DNA from: Rhodospirillales bacterium
Lineage (GTDB): Bacteria; Pseudomonadota; Alphaproteobacteria; Rhodospirillales; UBA2165
Reading direction: 5' to 3'
DNA length: 59,179 bases
NCBI GenBank assembly: GCA_013204125.1
Contig: JABMOP010000605.1
Span: 1-59,179, forward strand
Position 1 is the first letter of the stretch, and each line of letters begins with the position of its first letter. Below the pieces are notes generated by a model. It ran no database searches. It was not told the origin of the DNA and was given only the letters and a program-made list of their open reading frames with translations. The position numbers were made by a program, and so were the translations under genes. Positions 1 to 8,554 of the stretch are shown piece by piece.

Positions 1-171
1 CGGCAATACCGACTATCGTATTTCGCCCGATAATATTCCTTTATTTTCTGAAAATTGCGGTCCCAAGGATTCTCAGGTGCAGCAGGCCCACTATGACAAA
101 ATAGCCGATTCGTACCTGGAAAATTTAAATTATCCCCACACACAGGAATACTTGGCCATCTTGACAGATTA

Positions 172-837
172 TTGCTCGAAATAGTCGGTGACGAACCATT
201 GGGGCTAGTCGCAGAAATTTGTTGTGGACGCGGCGAAGCTCTTGATCTTTTTCAAGATAAAGTCGACAGCGCCCTGGGTGTAGACATTTCCATCAATATG
301 CTGGCCGCCGCACGATCAAAATTTATTTCGCCAAATTTTCTATTCGTGCAAGGGGATGCAACATCACTGCCAGTCATAGAAAATTGTATTGATACGGTAA
401 TTATGTTCGGCGGCATTCACCACGTAAAAGACAGATCACGCCTATTTTCTGAAATCTATCGCGTTATGCGGCCCGGCGGCAGATTCATATGGCGCGAACC
501 AGTGAGTGATTTTTTCATCTGGCGTTGGATTAGGGCCATCATCTACCGAGTGTCATCGCACCTCGAACCAGAAACCGAACGCCCGCTGCTTTATAGTGAG
601 ACAGTTCCGATTTTGGAAAAAATCGGTTTTGAAATGGATGTTTGGCAAACCTGCGGATTCTTGGGATTTTGCATTTTCATGAATAGCGATGTTCTTGTCT
701 TTAACCGCCTTTTCCGATTCATTCCCGGTATTCGAAAAATTACACAAATTATGACCGAGTTCGATGACTGGGTTACGCGGCAGCGTAGCTTTCGAAATAT
801 GGGTTTGCAGGTAATTGGGGTCGCCCGTAAACTATAG
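172..837 (+). CDS. class I SAM-dependent methyltransferase (3' portion; the 5' portion lies in another frame, see findings)
   Basis: 221-codon ORF. SAM motif I VAEICCGRGEA, then VDISINML, FVQGDATSLP, FGGIHHV, RVMRPGGRF. The TTG at 172 is only a nominal start. Confidence 0.8.
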   Translation: MLEIVGDEPLGLVAEICCGRGEALDLFQDKVDSALGVDISINMLAAARSKFISPNFLFVQGDATSLPVIENCIDTVIMFGGIHHVKDRSRLFSEIYRVMRPGGRFIWREPVSDFFIWRWIRAIIYRVSSHLEPETERPLLYSETVPILEKIGFEMDVWQTCGFLGFCIFMNSDVLVFNRLFRFIPGIRKITQIMTEFDDWVTRQRSFRNMGLQVIGVARKL

Positions 838-844
838 GCTATTG

Positions 845-3127
845 ATGTCGAGTGTGAGCGCGAGATACTCGATAACATTTCCTACAATCACCCGGATTCA
901 AACGACAGTAAGCCTCAAAATCACTCGATTAGATTTACTAGGTCGGTTCTATTTATTCGGCCGTCCCTATTCTTTTGCAAAATATAGCCGTACCAGAAAA
1001 TTCATGGGATACTTCGAGACCCTCGCCGCAGTAAAATTTACCATCGTCGCGATGGTATTTTTCATTGCCCTCAAATGGAACTTTCTTCCGCAAACCCGCA
1101 GACACGTGGTGGTTTGGGGGGCTATCTGGTTATTGATGGCGACTTCAGAATATTGGGCCTTTGGTAATGCATCATATATATTTTTGAATGCCGAGTTGGA
1201 ATATAGCCTTCCCATTAATATATTTATGAATGAATGGTATGACGGCGGCATTTTCTCCCACGCTTTTGCTGGAGGGAATGATGTTTACGCAATGGCCGCT
1301 GGCACCGGACAGTTTGTTTCGCTCGAAAGAATATTGCTGGCAATTTTCCCATTGTGGTTGGCGTCTTTCTTCCACAAGGTAATGGTTTTTTGGATTGGCT
1401 TTTCCGGTATCTATCTAATCAGTCGGCGATTTGCCGGTTTGGAACGCAGCACTGCCTTTGCCCTCGCCGCATTATCAACTTTAGCCGCCCATCCATTTGT
1501 AACGACGACAACTTGGGTGCATGGAGTAGGCTATGCAATTTCGGCGATGGCGATTTATTTGTGTGTTTTGCGATATGGGCGCCGTTGGTATTTCACGGGC
1601 ATCATAGCACTGAGTATTTTGCAGGCTGTCAGTAGCACGCCGACAAATAGTCTGGTAACGGTATTGGCCGCCGTATTTTTTGCGGCTTTATTTTTCGGAT
1701 TTCGACGTGCAATTGCCGTTATTCCGGCGATCCTCATAATCGTCCTCTTTACCTTATTTAATTGGCATGAATCCCTTTATGCAAAAGCCCTTGTCGCACC
1801 CCTCACGGATCGAGTGATGGATCATTCTTTTAGTAAACCAGAATTTTTCCAGATCCTCGATATAGCGTTTAAACAATTTGGACCGTTCGGCCAGATTGAA
1901 GTTCCAATTATCATATTGGCGGGATTGGCAGTTCTGTTAAGCCTGCGGCATCGTCTTTTCGGATGGGTTTTAATTGCCCTTCTATTATCCGTTTTTTCGG
2001 GATTCGTTATCGAAAATATCCCTTGGCGCAAAATTGGCTGGAATATTTTTGCCGGTTATCAATTCAGCTATATTTTTTACTCGGCGTTTGCCTTAGCCTA
2101 CGTGGTCGCTGGTTTTGCACTGGGGGAAATAGGGCGCCGAAAGCAGGTTCCATGGCGAATAATTAACGCCGCTCTTATGGCGCTGATGGTTGGCAATTTC
2201 TTTTGGGCAAAATCTTTCAGCATTTCTAACTGGTTGAGTTCGGGCGGGTTGTCGGTTGTGCCGCAGGTCCAAAGGTTGGAGGCCGTCCGCGACCTCCGTA
2301 ACAAGCCAATTCGTGTGGTTACCGTTCCGTACAGAATTCCGGAAAACATGCTGGCGGCAGCGGGTTTGATGGCTGCCAATGGCAACTATAATCTGCGCCT
2401 CCAACGCCAAGCAGTATTTTGGAATAAGGGCATCCTAAAACACCCTTCGAATACGGTCGGACAATCAACGCTTCTATCGAAGTATTTTGATTTTAAATGT
2501 TGCGACCGTTACGATATTGCCGAACACGCCAATATCGATTTTCTTCGAATTTCCAATGTCGGATATATTTTCAGCAAGCTTCCTTTAATAGGAGGCGGGT
2601 TGGTCCAAGTGTATGGGCCAAAAGACGAAAGGGCGCCGGTGCGCCGTGCCGAACCAATCCGACAACGCCTAGCAGGATATTTTACCGAAAATTTCGAACC
2701 GTCGCCTATTCGAACCTACGCAATAGCTAATCCATTGCCTATGGTGTTTGCCGCTAGTGACTTAGTGGTCGCTCAGCAAGGAATCAACGATAGCGACTAT
2801 ATGAAATTGGTTGGAAAATTCGCGCTCCAACGGGCTGCAGTCGTCAGAACCAAGGTTAAAAATTCTGTCCGTATATTCAAAAGCCTAAAAATTAATGAGT
2901 TTCAGATGGTCCGTGACGGCGTAGACATCTCTCTCGACGCGCCGGATGGCGGCGTGGTGATCGTCAATTTACCTCACACGCCGTTTTGGCAGGCGGAACA
3001 AAACGGCATTCCGTTAGAGCTTTTTCCAACCAATCAAATTCATATGGGAATTGCCGCCCCGCCAGGTTCGAAAAATATCAAACTTCGATACCGCAGGCCA
3101 TTGTTACGAGACAAATTGTTTGGATAG
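845..3127 (+). CDS. large polytopic membrane protein with a ~300-aa hydrophilic C-terminal domain (YfhO/GT-C-like or polymerase-like; function not assignable)
   Basis: The ORF is open from TTG 815, with in-frame ATGs at 845 and 1004, so the start is uncertain. Many hydrophobic helices over roughly the first 470 residues, acidic residues in the first long loop (NAELEY, NEWYDGG), then a soluble C-terminal part. Confidence 0.6.
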   Translation: MSSVSARYSITFPTITRIQTTVSLKITRLDLLGRFYLFGRPYSFAKYSRTRKFMGYFETLAAVKFTIVAMVFFIALKWNFLPQTRRHVVVWGAIWLLMATSEYWAFGNASYIFLNAELEYSLPINIFMNEWYDGGIFSHAFAGGNDVYAMAAGTGQFVSLERILLAIFPLWLASFFHKVMVFWIGFSGIYLISRRFAGLERSTAFALAALSTLAAHPFVTTTTWVHGVGYAISAMAIYLCVLRYGRRWYFTGIIALSILQAVSSTPTNSLVTVLAAVFFAALFFGFRRAIAVIPAILIIVLFTLFNWHESLYAKALVAPLTDRVMDHSFSKPEFFQILDIAFKQFGPFGQIEVPIIILAGLAVLLSLRHRLFGWVLIALLLSVFSGFVIENIPWRKIGWNIFAGYQFSYIFYSAFALAYVVAGFALGEIGRRKQVPWRIINAALMALMVGNFFWAKSFSISNWLSSGGLSVVPQVQRLEAVRDLRNKPIRVVTVPYRIPENMLAAAGLMAANGNYNLRLQRQAVFWNKGILKHPSNTVGQSTLLSKYFDFKCCDRYDIAEHANIDFLRISNVGYIFSKLPLIGGGLVQVYGPKDERAPVRRAEPIRQRLAGYFTENFEPSPIRTYAIANPLPMVFAASDLVVAQQGINDSDYMKLVGKFALQRAAVVRTKVKNSVRIFKSLKINEFQMVRDGVDISLDAPDGGVVIVNLPHTPFWQAEQNGIPLELFPTNQIHMGIAAPPGSKNIKLRYRRPLLRDKLFG

Positions 3128-3129
3128 AT

Positions 3130-3954
3130 TCAATTTTCTGTGGCAATTGTGGGAAAACTCTCACCGAACTTAACGCCAACTGCGCACCAAGACATCTCAT
3201 TCACATCCGCCAATTTGATATCCGTCAGTCCGGCTTGTTCCATAAGCGCGCGCACTTCATCCCGGCGCCAATAATTTGCAATTTTCGGTAACATTTGATC
3301 GAGCATGATGTGGAGAAGATGCCGAAACGGAAAATTTCTCAGGAGTTTAAAGTATTCCAGACGCCTCAGGCCTATTCTCAAAAGCAGCCACAACAATGAT
3401 GCCGGCGCATAAGCAAAAATTCTTAATAAGGGCATTGGCAGCCAGCTAAATATTGCTTGGCGTAAGGGATTCAGAATTGCCAGGTAAAGCCCCATATTTT
3501 CACGCCCATACACCCAAATGAGAACGCAGCCTCCCGGCTTAACGGCGTCACGCATTTTCTGGATAGCCAATTCGGGTTCGGCCAGGTGATGGATGACCCC
3601 GATGCTGAAGGCGATATCAAATTCCTCTGGCCGATCAAGTTCATATATACTCTTGAACGCGACCTCAACCGAAGAAAAGGGTGCTAGATTTCGTCGCGCG
3701 CTGGCAAGCGACCGATCATCGACATCAATCGCCATGCCTCCGGTTGCCCCAAATTTCATTGCCCAAACGCTATTGCGCCCAGCGCCGCAGCCAACGTCGA
3801 GGAATTTTTTTTCCGTCCAATCCGTTGCCGGATTTAGCAGGCAGGTCCATCGTCGGAACTGTTCCTCTTGTTCGGGTGAAAGATCAGAAAATGCATCCCA
3901 CGAATAACCAAATCTATCCGGAGAACCGGTGGCGGCGTCAGGTGATAAATTCAT
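3130..3954 (-). CDS. class I SAM-dependent methyltransferase
   Basis: 274-aa ORF. Motif I FLDVGCGAGRNS, DIAFSIGVIHHL, VKPGGCVLIWVYG. Confidence 0.85.
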   Translation of the reverse strand: MNLSPDAATGSPDRFGYSWDAFSDLSPEQEEQFRRWTCLLNPATDWTEKKFLDVGCGAGRNSVWAMKFGATGGMAIDVDDRSLASARRNLAPFSSVEVAFKSIYELDRPEEFDIAFSIGVIHHLAEPELAIQKMRDAVKPGGCVLIWVYGRENMGLYLAILNPLRQAIFSWLPMPLLRIFAYAPASLLWLLLRIGLRRLEYFKLLRNFPFRHLLHIMLDQMLPKIANYWRRDEVRALMEQAGLTDIKLADVNEMSWCAVGVKFGESFPTIATEN

Positions 3955-4100
3955 TGCAACTCGTTCTTCTGAATTTGCTTCGCTCTGTCAGAGAATCGAG
4001 GTGCTGACGGTGGCTTACACCGCCGGTTTCTGACTCTTTCTATTTTGTAATAATTGTTTACCATGGGATATCTTAACGGTCCAAAATCCGGAAGAAAACC

Positions 4101-5060
4101 ATGAAAATAGAGCTTTCTATAGTCATTCCGCTGTACAATGAAGAGGCCAATATTGATGAACTATATGATCGTTCCATTGATGCGTTGGACCAATTAGGTA
4201 AATCCTTCGAGATCATCTGTGTGAATGACGGTAGCCGTGATTCAACGGAGGAACATCTAGCCAAGTTGGCGAGTAAAGATAAGCGGATCAAAGTTATTAA
4301 CTTTCAGGTTAACAAAGGTCAGACGGCGGCAATGATGGCAGGCATTATTCAGTCGAAAGGTGACATCATAATTCCTATGGACGGGGACCTGCAGAACGAT
4401 CCCAAGGACATTGAGCATCTACTGAAAAAGTTGGATGAGGGTTATGACGTCGTTTCGGGTTGGCGCAAAGTCCGCATTGACGCTGTCATCCTGCGCAAAA
4501 TTCCTAGCCAAATTGCCAATTGGATAATTTCCAGGATATCGGGTGTCCACCTGCACGATTTTGGTTGCACACTGAAAGCCTATCGACGGGAAGTCCTGCA
4601 AGACGTTAGGCTTTATGGAGAAATGCACAGATTCGTGCCTATTTTCGCCAAATGGCAAGGCGCAAAAGTAGCCGAAATCCCGGTCAACCATTTTGCACGC
4701 ACCAATGGCGTATCAAACTATGGCATTGAGAGAGTACTAAAAGTAATTCTTGATTTGATCGTCGTGAAATTTCTTACTCAGTACGAAACAAAACCGATTT
4801 ATGTGTTCGGCTTGTTCGGTCTTTTCAATTTGTTTATCTCATTTTTAGCGGGGCTATTTGCTGTATATCTACGCGTGTTTGAAGGGATATCCTTCATTCT
4901 GACGCCGCTTCCCCTGCTCGTGATAACCATATTTATGCTTGGCATCATGTGCATTTTCTTAGGTCTGTTAGCGGAAATTCTTGTCCGTATCTATTTTGAA
5001 TCCCAGGACAAGTCGGTTTACAACATTAGAAGCACAATAAATTGCGTGGATGACGAATAA
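4101..5060 (+). CDS. GT2 polyprenyl-phosphate sugar synthase (ArnC/GtrB/CsbB/DPM1-like)
   Basis: LSIVIPLYNEE, ICVNDGSRDST, DGDLQNDP, plus two C-terminal TM helices (IYVFGLFGLFNLFISFLAGLFAVYL and LLVITIFMLGIMCIFLGLLAEIL). SD-like GGAAGAAAACC precedes the ATG. Confidence 0.85.
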   Translation: MKIELSIVIPLYNEEANIDELYDRSIDALDQLGKSFEIICVNDGSRDSTEEHLAKLASKDKRIKVINFQVNKGQTAAMMAGIIQSKGDIIIPMDGDLQNDPKDIEHLLKKLDEGYDVVSGWRKVRIDAVILRKIPSQIANWIISRISGVHLHDFGCTLKAYRREVLQDVRLYGEMHRFVPIFAKWQGAKVAEIPVNHFARTNGVSNYGIERVLKVILDLIVVKFLTQYETKPIYVFGLFGLFNLFISFLAGLFAVYLRVFEGISFILTPLPLLVITIFMLGIMCIFLGLLAEILVRIYFESQDKSVYNIRSTINCVDDE

Positions 5061-6919
5061 TGTGCGGCATTGCTGGCTTTATTGGAGCCGGCGACGAGAC
5101 AGATATTCGGAAGATGACCGCCGCAATCGAACATCGCGGGCCAGACGGCGAGGGATACTTCGTTGACGAAATCAATCGAGTTTTCCTTGGGCATCGGCTC
5201 TTGTCGGTTATTGATATTTCCGATGGCGCTCAACCGATGTGGAACCGTAGTCATTCAATTGGAGTGATTTTTAACGGCGAGATATATAACCACCGAAATC
5301 TACGTAGCGAACTAGAATCGTTGGGCCACCAATTTACGACGGATCATTCGGATACAGAAGTTCTCGTGCACGGCTATGAACAGTGGGGCGAAAATCTTCC
5401 GGAACACCTAAACGGCATGTTCGCTTTCGCGATTTATGATCGCCGTAATCATCAAATATTCCTTTCCCGTGACCGATTTGGCGAGAAACCACTTTTTTTC
5501 ACAGATCAACCGGGGTTATTTGCTTTTGCCTCCGAAATAAATTCGCTTCTGTGCCATTCGGCGTTGGCCCCGAACATCAATCCCGTCGCTTTGCAGAAAT
5601 TTTTTGCCTTTGGATTCCTGCCGGCTCCCTGGACTCCCTACAAGAATATTTTCAAGCTGCACGCTGGCCAAAGCCTAACATATAGGCTCAAAGAAATGCG
5701 GCTTACAAAAAAGCGTTATTGGAAGTTCAAAATAGAACCTTTCGAACGTAAACCAAGTTTGGCGGAAGAGAAGGATTGGGCCCAGGAATTGAGGCATCTT
5801 TTATCACAAGCAGTCCATCGGCGCTTGGAAAGTGACGTCCCACTCGGATTTCTGCTCAGTGGTGGCATCGATTCTAGCGCCATACTGGCGTTGGCAGCTG
5901 AACATATGGATGCTGAGAGAATAGAATCTTTCACGATTGGCTTTACCGAACCTTCTTTCGATGAGTCGGGCTTTGCCAGTTCGATGGCGCAGCGGGTCGG
6001 CAGCAACCACCACCTCGAAATTTGCGACTTCGATGCGGCAATGACATTGATACCGTCGATTCTTGCGAAACAAGGCGAGCCGATCGGCGACAGCTCTATT
6101 ATACCCTCGCATATGGTTTGCGAATTTGCGCGGCGCAATGTCACCGTCGCCTTAAGCGGCGATGGTGGCGATGAGTTATTTGCCGGGTATGATCCCTTCA
6201 AAGCGCTGGCGCTGGCACAATGGTACCAACGGCTGGTACCGAAAAAATTACACAATGCAGTCTGTTTGTTGGCGGCGCGTATGCCCAAATCTGATGCAAA
6301 TATGAGCCTGGACTTCAAACTCCGCCGTTCGTTACGAGGCGTCTATTTTCGCCCGGCCTTATGGAATCCAGTCTGGATGGGGGCGCTGGGTCCCGATGAT
6401 ATCTCCGATTTGTTTTCCGAACATTTGGACGTTGACGAGCTCTATAGCGAAGCCATCGAATTATGGGATAATTGCGCCAGCGACAACCATATCGATAGAA
6501 CCATGGAATTTTTCACAAATTTGTACCTGTCAGATGATATTCTTGTGAAATCAGACCGTGCTAGCATGGGTGTATCTTTGGAACTCAGGACGCCCTTCCT
6601 GGATATAGATTTGGTGAATTTTGCACGGCGTCTTCCAGCTTCAGTTAAATTTGCCAAAGGCGAGGGCAAACTAATTTTGAAAAAGGCGTTAGAAGGCATC
6701 TTGCCCGACGATATTATCAGGCGCCGTAAAAAAGGGTTTGGTATTCCATTGAGCCGCTGGCTTAAGAACATGCCGATCCCGCCACTTGATGACCCAAAGC
6801 TCCAATCTATGGATATGTCCTGGCTCGCTGACAAATGGCATCGGCACGCAACAGGCAAGACCGATGAACGCCATGCTTTGTGGTGCTGGTTGGCGCTCCA
6901 CCACATGCCTTTGACATAA
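5060..6919 (+). CDS. asnB: asparagine synthase (glutamine-hydrolysing) family amidotransferase
   Basis: N-terminal MCGIAGF with the Cys2 nucleophile, PP-loop LSGGIDSS, 619 aa. TAATG overlap with the upstream GT2. Confidence 0.9.
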   Translation: MCGIAGFIGAGDETDIRKMTAAIEHRGPDGEGYFVDEINRVFLGHRLLSVIDISDGAQPMWNRSHSIGVIFNGEIYNHRNLRSELESLGHQFTTDHSDTEVLVHGYEQWGENLPEHLNGMFAFAIYDRRNHQIFLSRDRFGEKPLFFTDQPGLFAFASEINSLLCHSALAPNINPVALQKFFAFGFLPAPWTPYKNIFKLHAGQSLTYRLKEMRLTKKRYWKFKIEPFERKPSLAEEKDWAQELRHLLSQAVHRRLESDVPLGFLLSGGIDSSAILALAAEHMDAERIESFTIGFTEPSFDESGFASSMAQRVGSNHHLEICDFDAAMTLIPSILAKQGEPIGDSSIIPSHMVCEFARRNVTVALSGDGGDELFAGYDPFKALALAQWYQRLVPKKLHNAVCLLAARMPKSDANMSLDFKLRRSLRGVYFRPALWNPVWMGALGPDDISDLFSEHLDVDELYSEAIELWDNCASDNHIDRTMEFFTNLYLSDDILVKSDRASMGVSLELRTPFLDIDLVNFARRLPASVKFAKGEGKLILKKALEGILPDDIIRRRKKGFGIPLSRWLKNMPIPPLDDPKLQSMDMSWLADKWHRHATGKTDERHALWCWLALHHMPLT

Positions 6920-6979
6920 TTTGGAAGTTTTGGAAATTCAAATTTTATGCAGGTTCGCCAAAGTAGCCTTGAATATAGA

Positions 6980-7004
6980 GACCTTTTGGTAAAGGTCACT
7001 TTTC
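6980..7004 (+). terminator. weak candidate intrinsic terminator downstream of asnB
   Basis: 7-bp stem GACCTTT/AAAGGTC with a 4-nt loop (6980-6997), followed by ACTTTTC. The stem is short and AT-rich and the U-tract has only four Ts. Confidence 0.3.
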
Positions 7005-7225
7005 AGAACATTTAAAAACGAGTACGGTGACCTTGCGTTCGGGAGTTGCCCTGAAGACGAATTGTTATCGCAGAATTGGATGCACGAACTCGATATGATT
7101 TAGTAGAAGATATTTTTCCGGACTCGAGCAATATTGAGATTTCTATGGCGTGCTTAATCTAGAATAAATGAACTTTCTCGAATGAGGGTCCGCATGACGA
7201 GCGGCAAAATGTGAGGAGATATAGG

Positions 7226-7396
7226 ATGCCTGGAATTTTAAAGGGAAATTTTGAGACAAAAAAAATGGTCGCCATAAAGGACGACCATGAAAATATTGAA
7301 GACCGATTTGAATCCGAAGCCTTGAAACAACTGGGCGGATCCATAGCATTTGTTTCCAAGAAAAAAGTTAAGTGGAGCGCCAAAGGCGACTCGTAA
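7226..7396 (+). CDS. small hypothetical protein (56 aa, lysine-rich C-terminus)
   Basis: ATG preceded by GAGGAG (7213-7218) at 7-nt spacing. The ORF ends 43 nt before the DUF115 gene. No family recognised. Confidence 0.35.
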   Translation: MPGILKGNFETKKMVAIKDDHENIEDRFESEALKQLGGSIAFVSKKKVKWSAKGDS

Positions 7397-7439
7397 GCGC
7401 TAATGATCATATATCGGCCGCACCCACGGTACTTAGCCC

Positions 7440-8477
7440 ATGGCTGATACCTCAATCGTGAACGGTGAACTTACCCTTAAACTTTTACCGCACATGTCGG
7501 AGATGACCCACAATCGCTTCGGGCAGCTTTGGCTTGAAAATGCTGAAGCCAATGCACGGCACTTGGGCCAAGGGCAGTCAATTGAGCGTCTTCGCAACGC
7601 TCCTTTAAAGGAAGGCGACTCGGCGGTAGTCATTGCTGCCGGTCCGTCTCTCAAGCGCCATGACCCGGGCCGTAAAATTGTCGACACCGGCTACCGGGGA
7701 ACATTAATCGCGACAGATTCCGCAATGGCCTACTGCCTGCGTAATGGTTTGGTTCCAGATCTTGTCGTGACCCTAGACCCTCATGCCACTCGAATTGTCC
7801 GATGGTTTGGCGATCCGTCCCTTACCGAAGAAAATTTGCGCCAAGACGACTATTTTAAGCGCCAAGATCAAGATGATGCTTTTGCCGATGAGTTGCGCGC
7901 GAACGATGAAATGTTGGAGTTATTAAGCCGACACGGCAAGAATATGCGCATCGCTCTTTCAACTTCGGCCTCGCAAGCGGTCGTCAATCGGGCCATCGAA
8001 ACCGGCATGCAAATTTATTGGTGGAACCCAATGTTTGATGACCCGGATAAGCCCGGAAGTGCATCCGCCAAGCTGCAGGCGCAAAACGGCATGCCCTGTA
8101 TCAACGCTGGTGGGAACGTCGGAACTGCTTGTTGGATGATGGCGGATGTTGTTCTCGCCAAAAAGCATGTCGCATTGGTCGGTGTGGATTTCTCATATTA
8201 CGATGGAACACCGTACAAAAATACGCAATATTACAAGGAGGCTGTAAATCTCGTTGGCCAGGAAAACTTGGATTCTTTATTCGTTAGAATATTTAATCCC
8301 CATTTGGGCGAGTGGTTTTATACTGATCCCGCCTACTTTTGGTATCGCGAAGCCTTCCTGGAACTGGTTCAGGATGCTGACTGCAAGACATACAACTGCA
8401 CAGAGGGCGGTATTCTGTTCGGAGACAATATAGAAGTGGTTAGATTTGACGAATTTCTAGATACATTTAGGAGCTGA
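7440..8477 (+). CDS. DUF115 / MptE-like (motility-accessory-factor, Maf-type) domain protein
   Basis: VVIAAGPSLKRH followed by LIATDSAMAYCLRNGLVPDLVVTLDPH matches the MptE-like/Maf core pattern. 345 aa. Confidence 0.6.
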   Translation: MADTSIVNGELTLKLLPHMSEMTHNRFGQLWLENAEANARHLGQGQSIERLRNAPLKEGDSAVVIAAGPSLKRHDPGRKIVDTGYRGTLIATDSAMAYCLRNGLVPDLVVTLDPHATRIVRWFGDPSLTEENLRQDDYFKRQDQDDAFADELRANDEMLELLSRHGKNMRIALSTSASQAVVNRAIETGMQIYWWNPMFDDPDKPGSASAKLQAQNGMPCINAGGNVGTACWMMADVVLAKKHVALVGVDFSYYDGTPYKNTQYYKEAVNLVGQENLDSLFVRIFNPHLGEWFYTDPAYFWYREAFLELVQDADCKTYNCTEGGILFGDNIEVVRFDEFLDTFRS

Positions 8478-8554
8478 TTATAGCCAAAGTTCTGTTCATA
8501 AACCCTGTTGTCCGCGAGGAAAGCACCCCGAAACACGTACCCTATGGAATCGCG

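Noticed and set aside
5060-6919. AsnB homolog plus the nearby small ORF as a lasso-peptide-type cyclase and precursor pair.
   Set aside because: The protein keeps the N-terminal Cys2 glutaminase domain and has full AsnB length. No B-type protease or RRE gene is present, and the small ORF lies downstream after a likely terminator. A sugar-uronamide or similar amidation role is more plausible.
5716-6999. Long minus-strand ORFs (200 aa and 185 aa) antisense to asnB.
   Set aside because: They lie entirely inside or at the tail of a strongly supported AsnB-family gene, have low-complexity Ser/Arg/Ala-rich composition and no motifs. They are typical shadow ORFs.
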